A stretch of 64,000 bases of DNA from Candidatus Woesearchaeota archaeon (GCA_017609465.1 JAFCDX010000001.1:26459-90458); one strand, 5' to 3'; positions 8,376-17,657 are shown, numbered from the stretch's first letter. Numbers and translations: made by a program. The notes: generated by a model not told the origin, from the letters alone.

Positions 8376-10412
8376 TTAGAACAAAGGTCTTAAGCTTGCA
8401 TCTTTCATAACTTCTTTTATCTGTGATTTTTTCCATCCTTTCATTTTTAATGAATATTCAATGTCTTTCTTGGAAACCCCCTGATTTACTTTCATCTTAA
8501 CATAATTTTTTAATCTTTCCATACTTATCTCATGCTCGATGTCTTTTTCAGACCATCCTGTTTTTTGAAGTTCTGATTTTATGACTTTTAATGGAACTTT
8601 GTTTTTCAATGATTTTTCAATATATTTTTGCATCTTTTCAAAATTAACTGGCCTTATTTTAACTGATTTTGAAACTAATGGTTTTAATGCGCTTTCTTGA
8701 TTGGTTTCTGGCTTGCTTGTAGATGTTACACCTGCAATCGTTCCTTCATTGTCTTTGCTCTGCACATTTCCTGTCACACTTGGGGCCCTTGCATTTTTTC
8801 TTCTCACAAATATTACAATAATAATTATTGCAGTAATTACAAACACTATTCCTGCAACGGTTCCAACCCCCATTAATATCTTGCTCGTGCTAGAACCAAA
8901 TCCTAATCCTGAACCACCTTCAACACCAGTGTTCACTGCAGAAACACAAGGTTCTGAGCAACATAATGCAGAATCTGAACTTGATAAGACAGTCTCTTCA
9001 CAATCCATTGAAGTTCCACACAAATAACCTCCTTGAATAGCGCAGCTACAATCAGGATCTCCATTTAAACAATCTTGTTTACAGAAATCTCCTGCTTGAC
9101 ATGTCGCAGTCTGTTTTATTTCACAAGTTTGATTAGTTTCAGGGGTGTAAATTGGATTATCACATTCATTTGCATCAATACATACTCTTGTTTGAACTCC
9201 ATTTACACAATCTGTCCAATTACCACAATTCCATTTAGGGGTGCATCCAGATATAACTTGAACATTTAATTCATTACTGTCAACAGTTGCACCATAAGGA
9301 TCTTCTACACTAAACATTATAGTTTCATTTCCAGTCTCATTTGAATATAATTTCACATCCCCATCATCTTCTATTTCAACAATTACTGTTTCATTTCCAT
9401 GAACTTCATATATTAATTCATGATCATCAGGATCATCAAAATAATCATTTAAATCAAGAGTATAATTTACATTAAGCTCCACAGTTATATTCTCTATTAA
9501 GTCTGTTAATATAGGTGGGGAATTAAACATATCTAATAAAGAAGTGGAATTCATATAATTTTTATTAGTTCCGTCATCAGCACTAACTCTACACGTCCAA
9601 TCCCCTACAATCGTCTTACTTACTGTTTTTTCAACTGCATTACATATTTTTCCTGTGGACCAAGAATCTCCTGTACATGACATTGAACCTGTTCCTCCAC
9701 TTTCAAAATCAATACTATCATTTTTAGCCCAAAATTCATAACTTACAGTAACAGAACTGGATGTTTCTTCTGTGATTTTTGCAGAACAATTAAGTCCATC
9801 CTCTCTGAGAAAATCAGAAGAACCATTGCTATTTCTAAAATAAACATTTTCTATTATTGGTTTTTGTGTATCATCTGGAATTTCTAAAACTTCGAAAGTA
9901 GTATAACTTTCATCTATTACATCAGAACCATACCATAATTTCAATGTTAATTTGTAAGTATCTGCATTATCAAAAGTAGATAAATTAGAAAAAGTAGAGA
10001 TACTAACATCTACAGACCCATGAGCATCACCAATATCAAAAGCTTCGCCAGTTTGATCTTCCCATGCCCAATTTCCATCAGCATCATTATAATCCAAATC
10101 AAGGGTCGTTGATTTTCCAGCTTCTTCTACAAAGGTTTTTAATGTAATTGTATCTGATTGTTTTAATGAGGGGGTAGAATCTTCAATTAATATACTCACA
10201 TTAGACAAAGCAGGAATTGCATCATCTTTATTAAAAGATAAAGAAACAGTTCCTGTTAATTGTTGTGTTTCATCAATATTGTCTGGACTTAAAGTTCCAA
10301 CCACTACATTTCCAGTATAATCTGGGTTCATAAACAAGAATAGAAAAAATGCCATTAAAAAGAACACAATTACAAGAACTTTCACGTCTGAATTCTTTTT
10401 AATCTCACTCAC
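8376..10412 (-). CDS. Single-pass surface protein with large extracellular region, Cys-rich stalk, TM helix and cytoplasmic repeat tail
   Basis: N-terminal hydrophobic segment, then YTGNVV. Contains a cadherin/Ig-like segment and a Cys-rich block (CTPKWNCGNWTDC...). The TM helix is ILMGVGTVAGIVFVITAIIIIVIFVRRK. The start is uncertain: GTG 10412 sits inside GAGGTGA, and ATT 10403 or GTG 10385 are possible. Confidence 0.8.
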   Translation of the reverse strand: MSEIKKNSDVKVLVIVFFLMAFFLFLFMNPDYTGNVVVGTLSPDNIDETQQLTGTVSLSFNKDDAIPALSNVSILIEDSTPSLKQSDTITLKTFVEEAGKSTTLDLDYNDADGNWAWEDQTGEAFDIGDAHGSVDVSISTFSNLSTFDNADTYKLTLKLWYGSDVIDESYTTFEVLEIPDDTQKPIIENVYFRNSNGSSDFLREDGLNCSAKITEETSSSVTVSYEFWAKNDSIDFESGGTGSMSCTGDSWSTGKICNAVEKTVSKTIVGDWTCRVSADDGTNKNYMNSTSLLDMFNSPPILTDLIENITVELNVNYTLDLNDYFDDPDDHELIYEVHGNETVIVEIEDDGDVKLYSNETGNETIMFSVEDPYGATVDSNELNVQVISGCTPKWNCGNWTDCVNGVQTRVCIDANECDNPIYTPETNQTCEIKQTATCQAGDFCKQDCLNGDPDCSCAIQGGYLCGTSMDCEETVLSSSDSALCCSEPCVSAVNTGVEGGSGLGFGSSTSKILMGVGTVAGIVFVITAIIIIVIFVRRKNARAPSVTGNVQSKDNEGTIAGVTSTSKPETNQESALKPLVSKSVKIRPVNFEKMQKYIEKSLKNKVPLKVIKSELQKTGWSEKDIEHEISMERLKNYVKMKVNQGVSKKDIEYSLKMKGWKKSQIKEVMKDASLRPLF

Positions 10413-10455
10413 CTCTAAAATTTAGATTGTATTTTTATTTATAAATTTTAGTATT

Positions 10456-10722
10456 TTACAATTTTCCTGCTTCTTTCTTAAGATCAACTAATTTTTTATT
10501 AATAGAATTAATCGTATTTAATAATATTTTTTTGGGGTCTTTTTTTGATTCTATTACAAAGACAGGGTTTGAAACAACAGGATGCTCAAGGCTGTAACCA
10601 GCTACATTTACATTGGAATTCTCCCATAATTCTTTCCTTAACAAATTACATAAAGTATGGTCTTCCCCAACGATCTCGAATTTAAGCTTATTTTTGTCCT
10701 GTTGCAATACATTGATTTCCAT
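10456..10722 (-). CDS. rpoL: DNA-directed RNA polymerase subunit L
   Basis: 88 aa, with GEDHTLCNLLRKEL...AGYSLEHP typical of Rpb11/RpoL. Confidence 0.85.
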   Translation of the reverse strand: MEINVLQQDKNKLKFEIVGEDHTLCNLLRKELWENSNVNVAGYSLEHPVVSNPVFVIESKKDPKKILLNTINSINKKLVDLKKEAGKL

Positions 10723-10741
10723 AAATTTTCACCATATAATG

Positions 10742-11200
10742 CTATTTTAAATCTTTCGTTTTTTCTTTTAAGTCTTTTATCCTTATGTTTGGATTTCTGA
10801 AATCTATCTTTTGTTTATCTGAAAACAATTTTCTGTATTTATCTATTAAGGATATACCCAAATATTTTCCTATCTTCTTTGCCTGTACGAAAGTGGGTTT
10901 TTTTCTTCCTTCTTCAATATCCTGCATTTCCCTAACGCTTTCTCCAATTTCCCTTGCAAGATTTCCTGTAGATATTCCCTTTCTTTCTCTTACATTCTTA
11001 ATCAAATCATAATAATTTGGAATTATCATTTCATTATATTCTTCTTTTTCAAGCTTTGATATTTTTTCTTCAACTTTATCTGGTTTTACCTCTATTACAT
11101 TTTCTCCTTTACTACACTCTTCACACAAATTAGTTATAGTTCCATTTAAAATATATTTCTTTGTTTGTTTTTCCTTATTGCATGAATTACATATTTCCAT
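10742..11200 (-). CDS. mbf1: Multiprotein bridging factor 1 (Zn ribbon plus XRE-type HTH)
   Basis: N-terminal CxxC...CxxC, and a C-terminal HTH RERKGISTGNLAREIGESVREMQDIEEGRKKP. Confidence 0.85.
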   Translation of the reverse strand: MEICNSCNKEKQTKKYILNGTITNLCEECSKGENVIEVKPDKVEEKISKLEKEEYNEMIIPNYYDLIKNVRERKGISTGNLAREIGESVREMQDIEEGRKKPTFVQAKKIGKYLGISLIDKYRKLFSDKQKIDFRNPNIRIKDLKEKTKDLK

Positions 11201-11846
11201 TTTCTAGGATCTCAATAAGTTCTGCAACATCGACAAAACCTTCTTTCTTTATTTCATTGTTTATTATTATTGTTGGGGACTTGCTAACTTTATAATAATT
11301 TTTTATTAAATCTATGGTAGTTTCGTTATGTTCTCTATCAATTGAAAAAACCCTTATATTAATATCCTCTCTTTTAACAAAATTATCCAGAACATATCCC
11401 TGTCTTTCTGAATCCAAATCCCCTATATCATAAAAGAATAAGATTATTGTTTGGTTTGAATCACACTCTTTCTTAAAATCCAGAAAGTTAAAATATGTTC
11501 TTAATTCCAATAAAAAATATTTTGTTTTTAGAAACATATACTCATCTTTTTCAAAAAGTTTTTTTCTGTCATATTCTGAGAGTCTTTGCCCAACTTTGTA
11601 AAGATCAAGGGACATTGAAGATAATCTCTTATCTATCAAGTCGCAATCATAAGTGTTAAAGGATTCAAAAAACTCTTCATTTATTAAAATACTCAAAATG
11701 TCAAGGCTATTTTCATTAAGGTCTCCTGCAACATTGTCTGTCCTTAAATCATCCCATATCTTTCCCACATAAAAACCAAACAACAGGAGTCCAACTACTA
11801 TAATTAATGCAGTTATAAAAATGTCTTTCCTTACTTTTTTTACCAT
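11187..11846 (-). CDS. Membrane-anchored protein with thioredoxin-fold-like C-terminal region (no CxxC)
   Basis: Has an N-terminal TM helix. The fold assignment is a weak impression only. Confidence 0.55.
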   Translation of the reverse strand: MVKKVRKDIFITALIIVVGLLLFGFYVGKIWDDLRTDNVAGDLNENSLDILSILINEEFFESFNTYDCDLIDKRLSSMSLDLYKVGQRLSEYDRKKLFEKDEYMFLKTKYFLLELRTYFNFLDFKKECDSNQTIILFFYDIGDLDSERQGYVLDNFVKREDINIRVFSIDREHNETTIDLIKNYYKVSKSPTIIINNEIKKEGFVDVAELIEILENGNM

Positions 11847-13066
11847 TTTCTCTTAGCCCCTCCCATTTCCAAAATTAAGGCATGGAACCATTGAACGCTA
11901 GTTATAATTGGGTAAAAGAAAAGATATATAATAGTAACTATTGAATATATTCTTTTTTCATTATAATATTTGTGGGCCTTAAGATATACATAAAAACCAA
12001 ATACAAGACTAATAAATACAGGGATATAAATTCTAACATCTATTGATAATATAAATTCTCCAACATCAGGGATTTCCGGAATTGAAAATATGTCTGTGCC
12101 CAAAGTTATTAATTTATAACTCCAATCATATACAACATCAAAAAGCCTGTATATAAGCATTACAAAAGAGAAAAGAACCAGGAACATAGACAATACAGAA
12201 ACAGGAAATAAAAACAATCCCAATATCCCATAATTTTTGTTAAATAATAAACTTTTATGTTTTATCATACTTGTTATAAAACCCCTATACCATCTTACTC
12301 TTTGTTTCCAAAAATCAGAAAATTTCCTTGGTACATGAGTGTAATTTAAAGAGGATGGTTCCATAACAACATCGTACCCTTTTCTTATAATTCTTAATGC
12401 TATTTCAAAATCCTCTGTAAGGTTTTTCTCATCAAAACCTCCAAGCTTTTTAACAAGATTTGTTTTATAAGCGCTCAATACTCCGTTTGTTATGTTAAGA
12501 ACCCTTATCTTTGACATAAGTTTCCTTGTAAAGTTTGTTATTATATATTCAAATTTCTGCATTTTTTCAAGGGAACTTTTGGGTTCATCCACTAATATGC
12601 TACTTATAACAGAACCTACCTTTTTATCTGAAAAATGATCAACGAGTTTTTTAAATGAATCTCTTGAAACTCTGGAATCTGCGTCAACCCTCGCAAATAA
12701 ATCTGTATCTACATATTTTAAACCCGTATTCATAGATACAGCTGCATTCCCTCCCCTTTCTTTTCTTTGAACTAGTTTAACATTATCAAACTCCTTTACA
12801 ACTTCCGCTGTATTGTCCGAACTGCAATCATCAACTACAATGATTTTTAATTTATCCACGGGATAATCTAAACTTAAAATGGAATTTAATGTTTTCCCAA
12901 TATTTTTCTCTTCATTATACGCAGGAACAATTATTGAAACACTAGGATATTCTTCTAACTTTCTTGTTTTTTTCTCTTTCATATAAAAAACTATTATCCA
13001 AAATACCGATAAGTATAAAAATACAAATGAAATTATCCATACATAATATTCAAACATTTTTAACAC
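11840..13066 (-). CDS. Family 2 glycosyltransferase, processive-synthase type with flanking TM helices
   Basis: Motifs are SIIVPAYNEE, VVDDCSSDNT, DADS, TED and QRVRWYRG (QxxRW). TM helices lie at both ends. Confidence 0.85.
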   Translation of the reverse strand: MLKMFEYYVWIISFVFLYLSVFWIIVFYMKEKKTRKLEEYPSVSIIVPAYNEEKNIGKTLNSILSLDYPVDKLKIIVVDDCSSDNTAEVVKEFDNVKLVQRKERGGNAAVSMNTGLKYVDTDLFARVDADSRVSRDSFKKLVDHFSDKKVGSVISSILVDEPKSSLEKMQKFEYIITNFTRKLMSKIRVLNITNGVLSAYKTNLVKKLGGFDEKNLTEDFEIALRIIRKGYDVVMEPSSLNYTHVPRKFSDFWKQRVRWYRGFITSMIKHKSLLFNKNYGILGLFLFPVSVLSMFLVLFSFVMLIYRLFDVVYDWSYKLITLGTDIFSIPEIPDVGEFILSIDVRIYIPVFISLVFGFYVYLKAHKYYNEKRIYSIVTIIYLFFYPIITSVQWFHALILEMGGAKRKW

Positions 13067-14514
13067 ACTATCTTATAAACAAAATCATGCTTTTCAAAAC
13101 ATGAAAGATTATCATATTTTAATTCTTCAATCCCGTTAAATCTCTTAAACTTATCCGAGAAAAATATGTATTTTATGTTATTTTTCTTATATAATCTCAA
13201 TGCCATTTCCGAAGACTCAAGATTTATCATTGCATCAGATTCCAATAATCTTAACGCCGGTCTTGGAGCCAGAAAGAAATTAGTGTCATAAAAATTTTTC
13301 TTTCCACTGAAATAATTTATTGAATGTCCTTCATAAAGGCTTCCAAATATAACATCTTCTCCCTCGGAATCCTCTTTAATCCACTTTAAGGCATCTACTT
13401 CATTCTGTGTTATCGTATTTTCCAATTGCACTTGCGCAATATCCATAGAGGGATAAAAAGATAAAAGTATTATTGCAAAGAACAAGCCAGTAAAGAAATA
13501 TGATTTATATTTCTCCAACTTTGTTATTTTTAAATATTTTACAAAAATTGTTATCGCAAGAGATGCAAACACAGAAGTTAAAATCCCGATAAACATAAGG
13601 GAAGTGTAAAAATCAAGAACATTAAAACTAAGAAATATAGATATTATTAACAACAAGGAACTCATCATATATACAATATCTAATTTTACCTTTCTAAATC
13701 CGTAATAAATTCCTGGAATACCAAGTATTATTGTTATATAACCCAAACCCAGTATTAAACTAAATATATTCAACTGGTTAAAAGTATTAACATATAATGA
13801 TTCAGGGATATTTCTCCACAATATTTCAATTCCATATAACATAATTGCCTCATAAAAAATCATTAGATTTATTATTATTGCAATCAGAAAAGATATTAAC
13901 GCAAGTTTTATTTCGTTTTTTCTTATGTTCTTATCTTCAGTGTATTTAACCAACAGATAAAGTAGCAATGCTAATGAAAATATTATTGAAAAAGGATGAA
14001 GTATTGATAAAAATATGAATAACAATAAGAATTGTATTAAGAATCTTCTGTTTTTAATATTCATAAAACAATAAATCAAGTATAAAATAAGAGGGATAAC
14101 CAGATTATAAATTGATATTTTATTTATCGTTTCTCTGATTATTAATGGGATAAAACCCGATATAAAAGCAGCAAATAGGGCTGATTTTTCATCTTTTACC
14201 AAAAACTTTGAAAGGATATAAACCAATATAACCGTAAGAGACATTAATAATTGTGGAATTATTTTCAGGTAAAACGGTATGAAAGAAAAAATTATTAAAA
14301 AATAATGGAATATCCAATTAAACAACACAGGCCTCCCCCCATAGCTAAGCTCATCATAAGTCATAGGAAAAATATTCTCTTTGATATGCTCTATATTTTT
14401 CAAGTGAAAATATGAAGTATCATCTGAAAATGGTGCAACTGAGAAAGAAAAATATAATCTAAATAACAAAACTACAAAAAATAAGATCATCAAATAAATA
14501 TTATTCCTTTTCAT
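13060..14514 (-). CDS. Polytopic membrane protein, GT-C-like (ArnT/PMT-like) glycosyltransferase candidate
   Basis: 484 aa with about 11-13 hydrophobic helices followed by a soluble C-terminal domain. It overlaps the GT2 gene. Confidence 0.55.
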   Translation of the reverse strand: MKRNNIYLMILFFVVLLFRLYFSFSVAPFSDDTSYFHLKNIEHIKENIFPMTYDELSYGGRPVLFNWIFHYFLIIFSFIPFYLKIIPQLLMSLTVILVYILSKFLVKDEKSALFAAFISGFIPLIIRETINKISIYNLVIPLILYLIYCFMNIKNRRFLIQFLLLFIFLSILHPFSIIFSLALLLYLLVKYTEDKNIRKNEIKLALISFLIAIIINLMIFYEAIMLYGIEILWRNIPESLYVNTFNQLNIFSLILGLGYITIILGIPGIYYGFRKVKLDIVYMMSSLLLIISIFLSFNVLDFYTSLMFIGILTSVFASLAITIFVKYLKITKLEKYKSYFFTGLFFAIILLSFYPSMDIAQVQLENTITQNEVDALKWIKEDSEGEDVIFGSLYEGHSINYFSGKKNFYDTNFFLAPRPALRLLESDAMINLESSEMALRLYKKNNIKYIFFSDKFKRFNGIEELKYDNLSCFEKHDFVYKIVC

Positions 14515-14986
14515 TTTTTAATTTTAGATTGTCTTCAACAACATCAAAGTATTCAAAAAATTTAGGAGTCAATTTCAACAATCTTGTACGTCCGCTTTTC
14601 TCTGATGTTATAAAACCTTCTTCTTTTAGTATTTTAATATGATCGTATGCTTTATTACCCCTTATCTTTATCACTTCAGACTGCAAAACTGGATTTTTGT
14701 AAGCTACAATAGCAAGAGTTTCCTGAGTAGGCCTGTCTAATTCAGTATCAGATAATAAGTTATCGGTAAGATGTAGATATTCCTTTCTAACATTTAACTT
14801 CCATTTTCCTTCATGATTTAAAATATCCAATGAAGAACCTCTTGTTTCATAATCTTTTTTTAAATTTTCAAGGGTTTCTTTTATGAATTCCTCTGATTTT
14901 ATTCCTGTCATATTAGAGATATCGCTAACAGACAAAAACTTACCTGTTATAAATAATATAGCCTCTATTTTATTCTTGTCTTCCAT
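14501..14986 (-). CDS. scpB: Segregation and condensation protein B
   Basis: IEAILFITGKFLSVSDI...PTQETLAIVAYKNPVLQSEVIKIRG... is a ScpB winged-helix pattern. Confidence 0.8.
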   Translation of the reverse strand: MEDKNKIEAILFITGKFLSVSDISNMTGIKSEEFIKETLENLKKDYETRGSSLDILNHEGKWKLNVRKEYLHLTDNLLSDTELDRPTQETLAIVAYKNPVLQSEVIKIRGNKAYDHIKILKEEGFITSEKSGRTRLLKLTPKFFEYFDVVEDNLKLKNEKE

Positions 14987-15032
14987 AATCTAAGATAAAG
15001 AATTAAGTATAAAAATCTAACTATTAAATTAT

Positions 15033-15392
15033 TTATAAACAGGCTCCGTTTGAGCATCCATTCTCACATAATTCAAACCTATAATTCCATATAACATTAT
15101 TTCCTGTACCTTTATTATAATCACAGTAATATTCTTTTACATATTTGCTTGTTTTTCCTGTATCTTTGTTTGATTTTTCAAAGCATATATCTGTTTTATC
15201 ATCATAAGAGACTCCTTTAGAATCTACCCCATAAACAGTTCCCTTTGAAAAAATGTCAACACCCTCATCAGTATCTACACAAGTTGAAGTGCTTACTTGC
15301 TTTCCTGTAACGCTTCCAAAAAATCCAGAATACGCAAATACAGATAGAACTAATATGATTAATATTCCTATTAATATCTCTTTATTATCCAT
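15033..15392 (-). CDS. Small secreted Cys6 protein, tandem paralog 4
   Basis: Leader ends ...SGFFGSVTGK, then CVDTDEG...DICF...EYYC...CENGCSNGACL-stop. Confidence 0.75.
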   Translation of the reverse strand: MDNKEILIGILIILVLSVFAYSGFFGSVTGKQVSTSTCVDTDEGVDIFSKGTVYGVDSKGVSYDDKTDICFEKSNKDTGKTSKYVKEYYCDYNKGTGNNVIWNYRFELCENGCSNGACL

Positions 15393-15451
15393 TTTAAATT
15401 AATAGTTTAAGAACTTATAAAACTTTCTAAAGAAAATAAAAAATAAAAAAT

Positions 15452-15775
15452 TTATAAGCATGCTCCGTTTGAACAGCCCTCGTCGCAAAGTACCATTTCA
15501 GATTTCCATCCAGATTCTGTCATTTTATCACATCTATATTCTTTAAGGTAACTTGAATCCTCTACAGAACAATAATCTACCATTGGACCGAAATCTTGTC
15601 CATTGTTAGAAGTTCCACTTACGCTACCTTTTACATATACATTTCCACCGTCAGTATCTGTACACTGCCATGTGGTTGCCTTTCCTGTTGTTCCTGAAAA
15701 AACACCTGTTGAGAATAAGACTGCTACAACAAGCAATACTACAAGCCCTATAATAACCATATCTTTGTTATCCAT
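15452..15775 (-). CDS. Small secreted Cys6 protein, tandem paralog 3
   Basis: Leader ends ...TGVFSGTTGK, then CTDTDGG...DYC...EYRC...CDEGCSNGACL-stop. Confidence 0.75.
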   Translation of the reverse strand: MDNKDMVIIGLVVLLVVAVLFSTGVFSGTTGKATTWQCTDTDGGNVYVKGSVSGTSNNGQDFGPMVDYCSVEDSSYLKEYRCDKMTESGWKSEMVLCDEGCSNGACL

Positions 15776-15823
15776 ATTAATAATTTAAACTTACTTTTAT
15801 ATATAAACTTTTCTAAATAAGGT

Positions 15824-16168
15824 TTATAGACAAGCTCCTGCTCTGCAACCATTTTCACAAAATACTCTGTTTCTTTTGTAACCCGATGCAATATAAGGAT
15901 CGCAAGTGTATTCAATTACCCATTTTCCATTATCCTTGTAATCTAGGGAACAAAAATCTTCATCATTAAAAAATTCTCTTTTAGATGAACCATCCACTGT
16001 TATATATCCTTTAATTTTTGATTGTTCAGCAAGACTAGGATTTGAGTCAGAATCAAAACATCCATGAGATATTTGTTTTCCAGTAATATCACTAAAGAAA
16101 CCTGCATAAGATAACACACCAATTGCAAACACAAGAATTATTCCTATAAAAATATTTTTTGAATTCAT
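15824..16168 (-). CDS. Small secreted Cys6 protein, tandem paralog 2
   Basis: Leader ends ...AGFFSDITGK, then CFDSDSN...DFC...EYTC...CENGCRAGACL-stop. I prefer ATG 16168 (ATGA overlap with the upstream stop) over the TTG at 16174. Confidence 0.75.
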   Translation of the reverse strand: MNSKNIFIGIILVFAIGVLSYAGFFSDITGKQISHGCFDSDSNPSLAEQSKIKGYITVDGSSKREFFNDEDFCSLDYKDNGKWVIEYTCDPYIASGYKRNRVFCENGCRAGACL

Positions 16169-16512
16169 AAACAAGCACCATCCTTACATCCATTTTCACA
16201 GTAAACAAGTTCAGACTTCCAGTTTTCTGTTGTAGTTATATCACATTTGTATTCCTTCAAATAATCTGGTCTTGAGTTATCACAATAATCTATTTTTGGT
16301 TCTAAATCTCTCCTACAATTATCTGTAACAAAATTTACTCTTCCTTTAACATAAATATTTCCTTGATCTGTGTCTTCACAAGAAGCAGAACAAAAACCAC
16401 TTACTTTTCCAGTTACCCATACAAATGCACCTGAAGTATAAAACAATGAAAAGAATAATACTACAACAAGAACAATGAACAGCTTCCTGTTTACTCCATG
16501 AATATTAACCAT
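16165..16512 (-). CDS. Small secreted Cys6 protein, tandem paralog 1
   Basis: Leader ends ...SGAFVWVTGK, then CEDTDQG...DYC...EYKC...CENGCKDGACL-stop. Confidence 0.75.
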   Translation of the reverse strand: MVNIHGVNRKLFIVLVVVLFFSLFYTSGAFVWVTGKVSGFCSASCEDTDQGNIYVKGRVNFVTDNCRRDLEPKIDYCDNSRPDYLKEYKCDITTTENWKSELVYCENGCKDGACL

Positions 16513-16531
16513 ACAATATTAAATTAATTTT

Positions 16532-16541
16532 TATATTTAAA
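16532..16541 (-). promoter_or_regulatory. TATATTTAAA box 20 nt upstream of the ATG at 16512
   Basis: Same motif and spacing as at 6935, 17658 and 21192. Confidence 0.5.
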
Positions 16542-16546
16542 TATTT

Positions 16547-17638
16547 CTATCTTATTGGATATCTCAAAAGTGCTGCAATTCCACCCAAATCCTGCAATTG
16601 TTTCCCCTCTCTTGTTTCTGTAGAAATAATTCTTACTTCTGTTCTGAATTTGTCTGCTTCGTTTTCAAGATTTTCTATTTCTTTGTCATCCATTGAATCA
16701 GACAATAATAAAATGTCAACTGCACCCAATTCTAATGCTTTAATAGTTTCTTCTCTTCCATAAGTTATTTTAGCTTCTTCTTTTGCAAATGTTTCAAAAA
16801 ATTTCTGCATTATTTGTTTTTCAAGTGCAATTTCTTCTTCTGCTAAAAGCTCTTGTGATTTGTCAACCAATTCATTTAACCCAAATTCTCCTGTATAAGA
16901 TAAATCCTTTACACCAATTATTTTATTTTTTAATTGATTGTTAAGATAATTTCCGTCAATAAACATTTCTTTTGTTGGACCTGGACCCCCTATTATTATT
17001 CCCTTTAAATCAGGGTTATTCAGAAATTCCTTGTTTGCTGCCTCTCCTATTCTCTTGAAAAATTCATGTGTTGCTTCTTCTCTTAATCTTGCGTAACGTT
17101 GTTGTGATTGGCCTCCTTTTGTTGTTTTTCCTGGAACTCCTGAAGTCATGTGGAATAATTCCTCTATGTTTGTTCCTTTTAATAGTCCTATATTTCCTTC
17201 TCTTCTATCAAGAACTATCAAACCAAAAACTTCCTTTACTTCAATTAGTTCCTTTAAAGGTTCTAATAAAAATGTCTGGTCGCATCTGTAAATTCTCAGA
17301 TTTAAAGGTTCTGGAGGCTCAACACTAAATACTTTTATATCCACTTTGCTTTCTTTGTCAGAAATGTCTCCTGAGAATACTGCAAGGCCATTTTCAGGTG
17401 TTTTCTTAAAAGTTCTTAGATGTTGTATCATTTTTTCAATAGAATCAATTACTTTTGTTCTTGTATTCTTATCCTTAATGTTTTCTGCAGTTCCTTGTTC
17501 TTGTGCCAAATGCTGTATTATTTTGATAATATCATATCCAGGGGGAATATAAACAGAAACCAATTCAGTATGTCTTCCTTTTACTTTCTCCAATTCCATA
17601 ATGAATCTTCTTAATTTGTGTCTTTCTTTTATGTTCAT
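16547..17638 (-). CDS. prf1: Peptide chain release factor aRF1
   Basis: Has the GGQ motif (KGGQSQQRYARL) and YRCDQTF (YxCxxxF). The NIKS position reads NIKD. Length is 363 aa. Confidence 0.9.
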   Translation of the reverse strand: MNIKERHKLRRFIMELEKVKGRHTELVSVYIPPGYDIIKIIQHLAQEQGTAENIKDKNTRTKVIDSIEKMIQHLRTFKKTPENGLAVFSGDISDKESKVDIKVFSVEPPEPLNLRIYRCDQTFLLEPLKELIEVKEVFGLIVLDRREGNIGLLKGTNIEELFHMTSGVPGKTTKGGQSQQRYARLREEATHEFFKRIGEAANKEFLNNPDLKGIIIGGPGPTKEMFIDGNYLNNQLKNKIIGVKDLSYTGEFGLNELVDKSQELLAEEEIALEKQIMQKFFETFAKEEAKITYGREETIKALELGAVDILLLSDSMDDKEIENLENEADKFRTEVRIISTETREGKQLQDLGGIAALLRYPIR

Positions 17639-17657
17639 TTTATTAAGAAATTCAATG

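Noticed and set aside
16547-17638. Stop-codon reassignment suggested by the NIKD variant of aRF1
   Set aside because: TGA (e.g. 761-763), TAA (e.g. 1564-1566) and TAG (e.g. 6950-6952) all terminate well-supported genes in this window.
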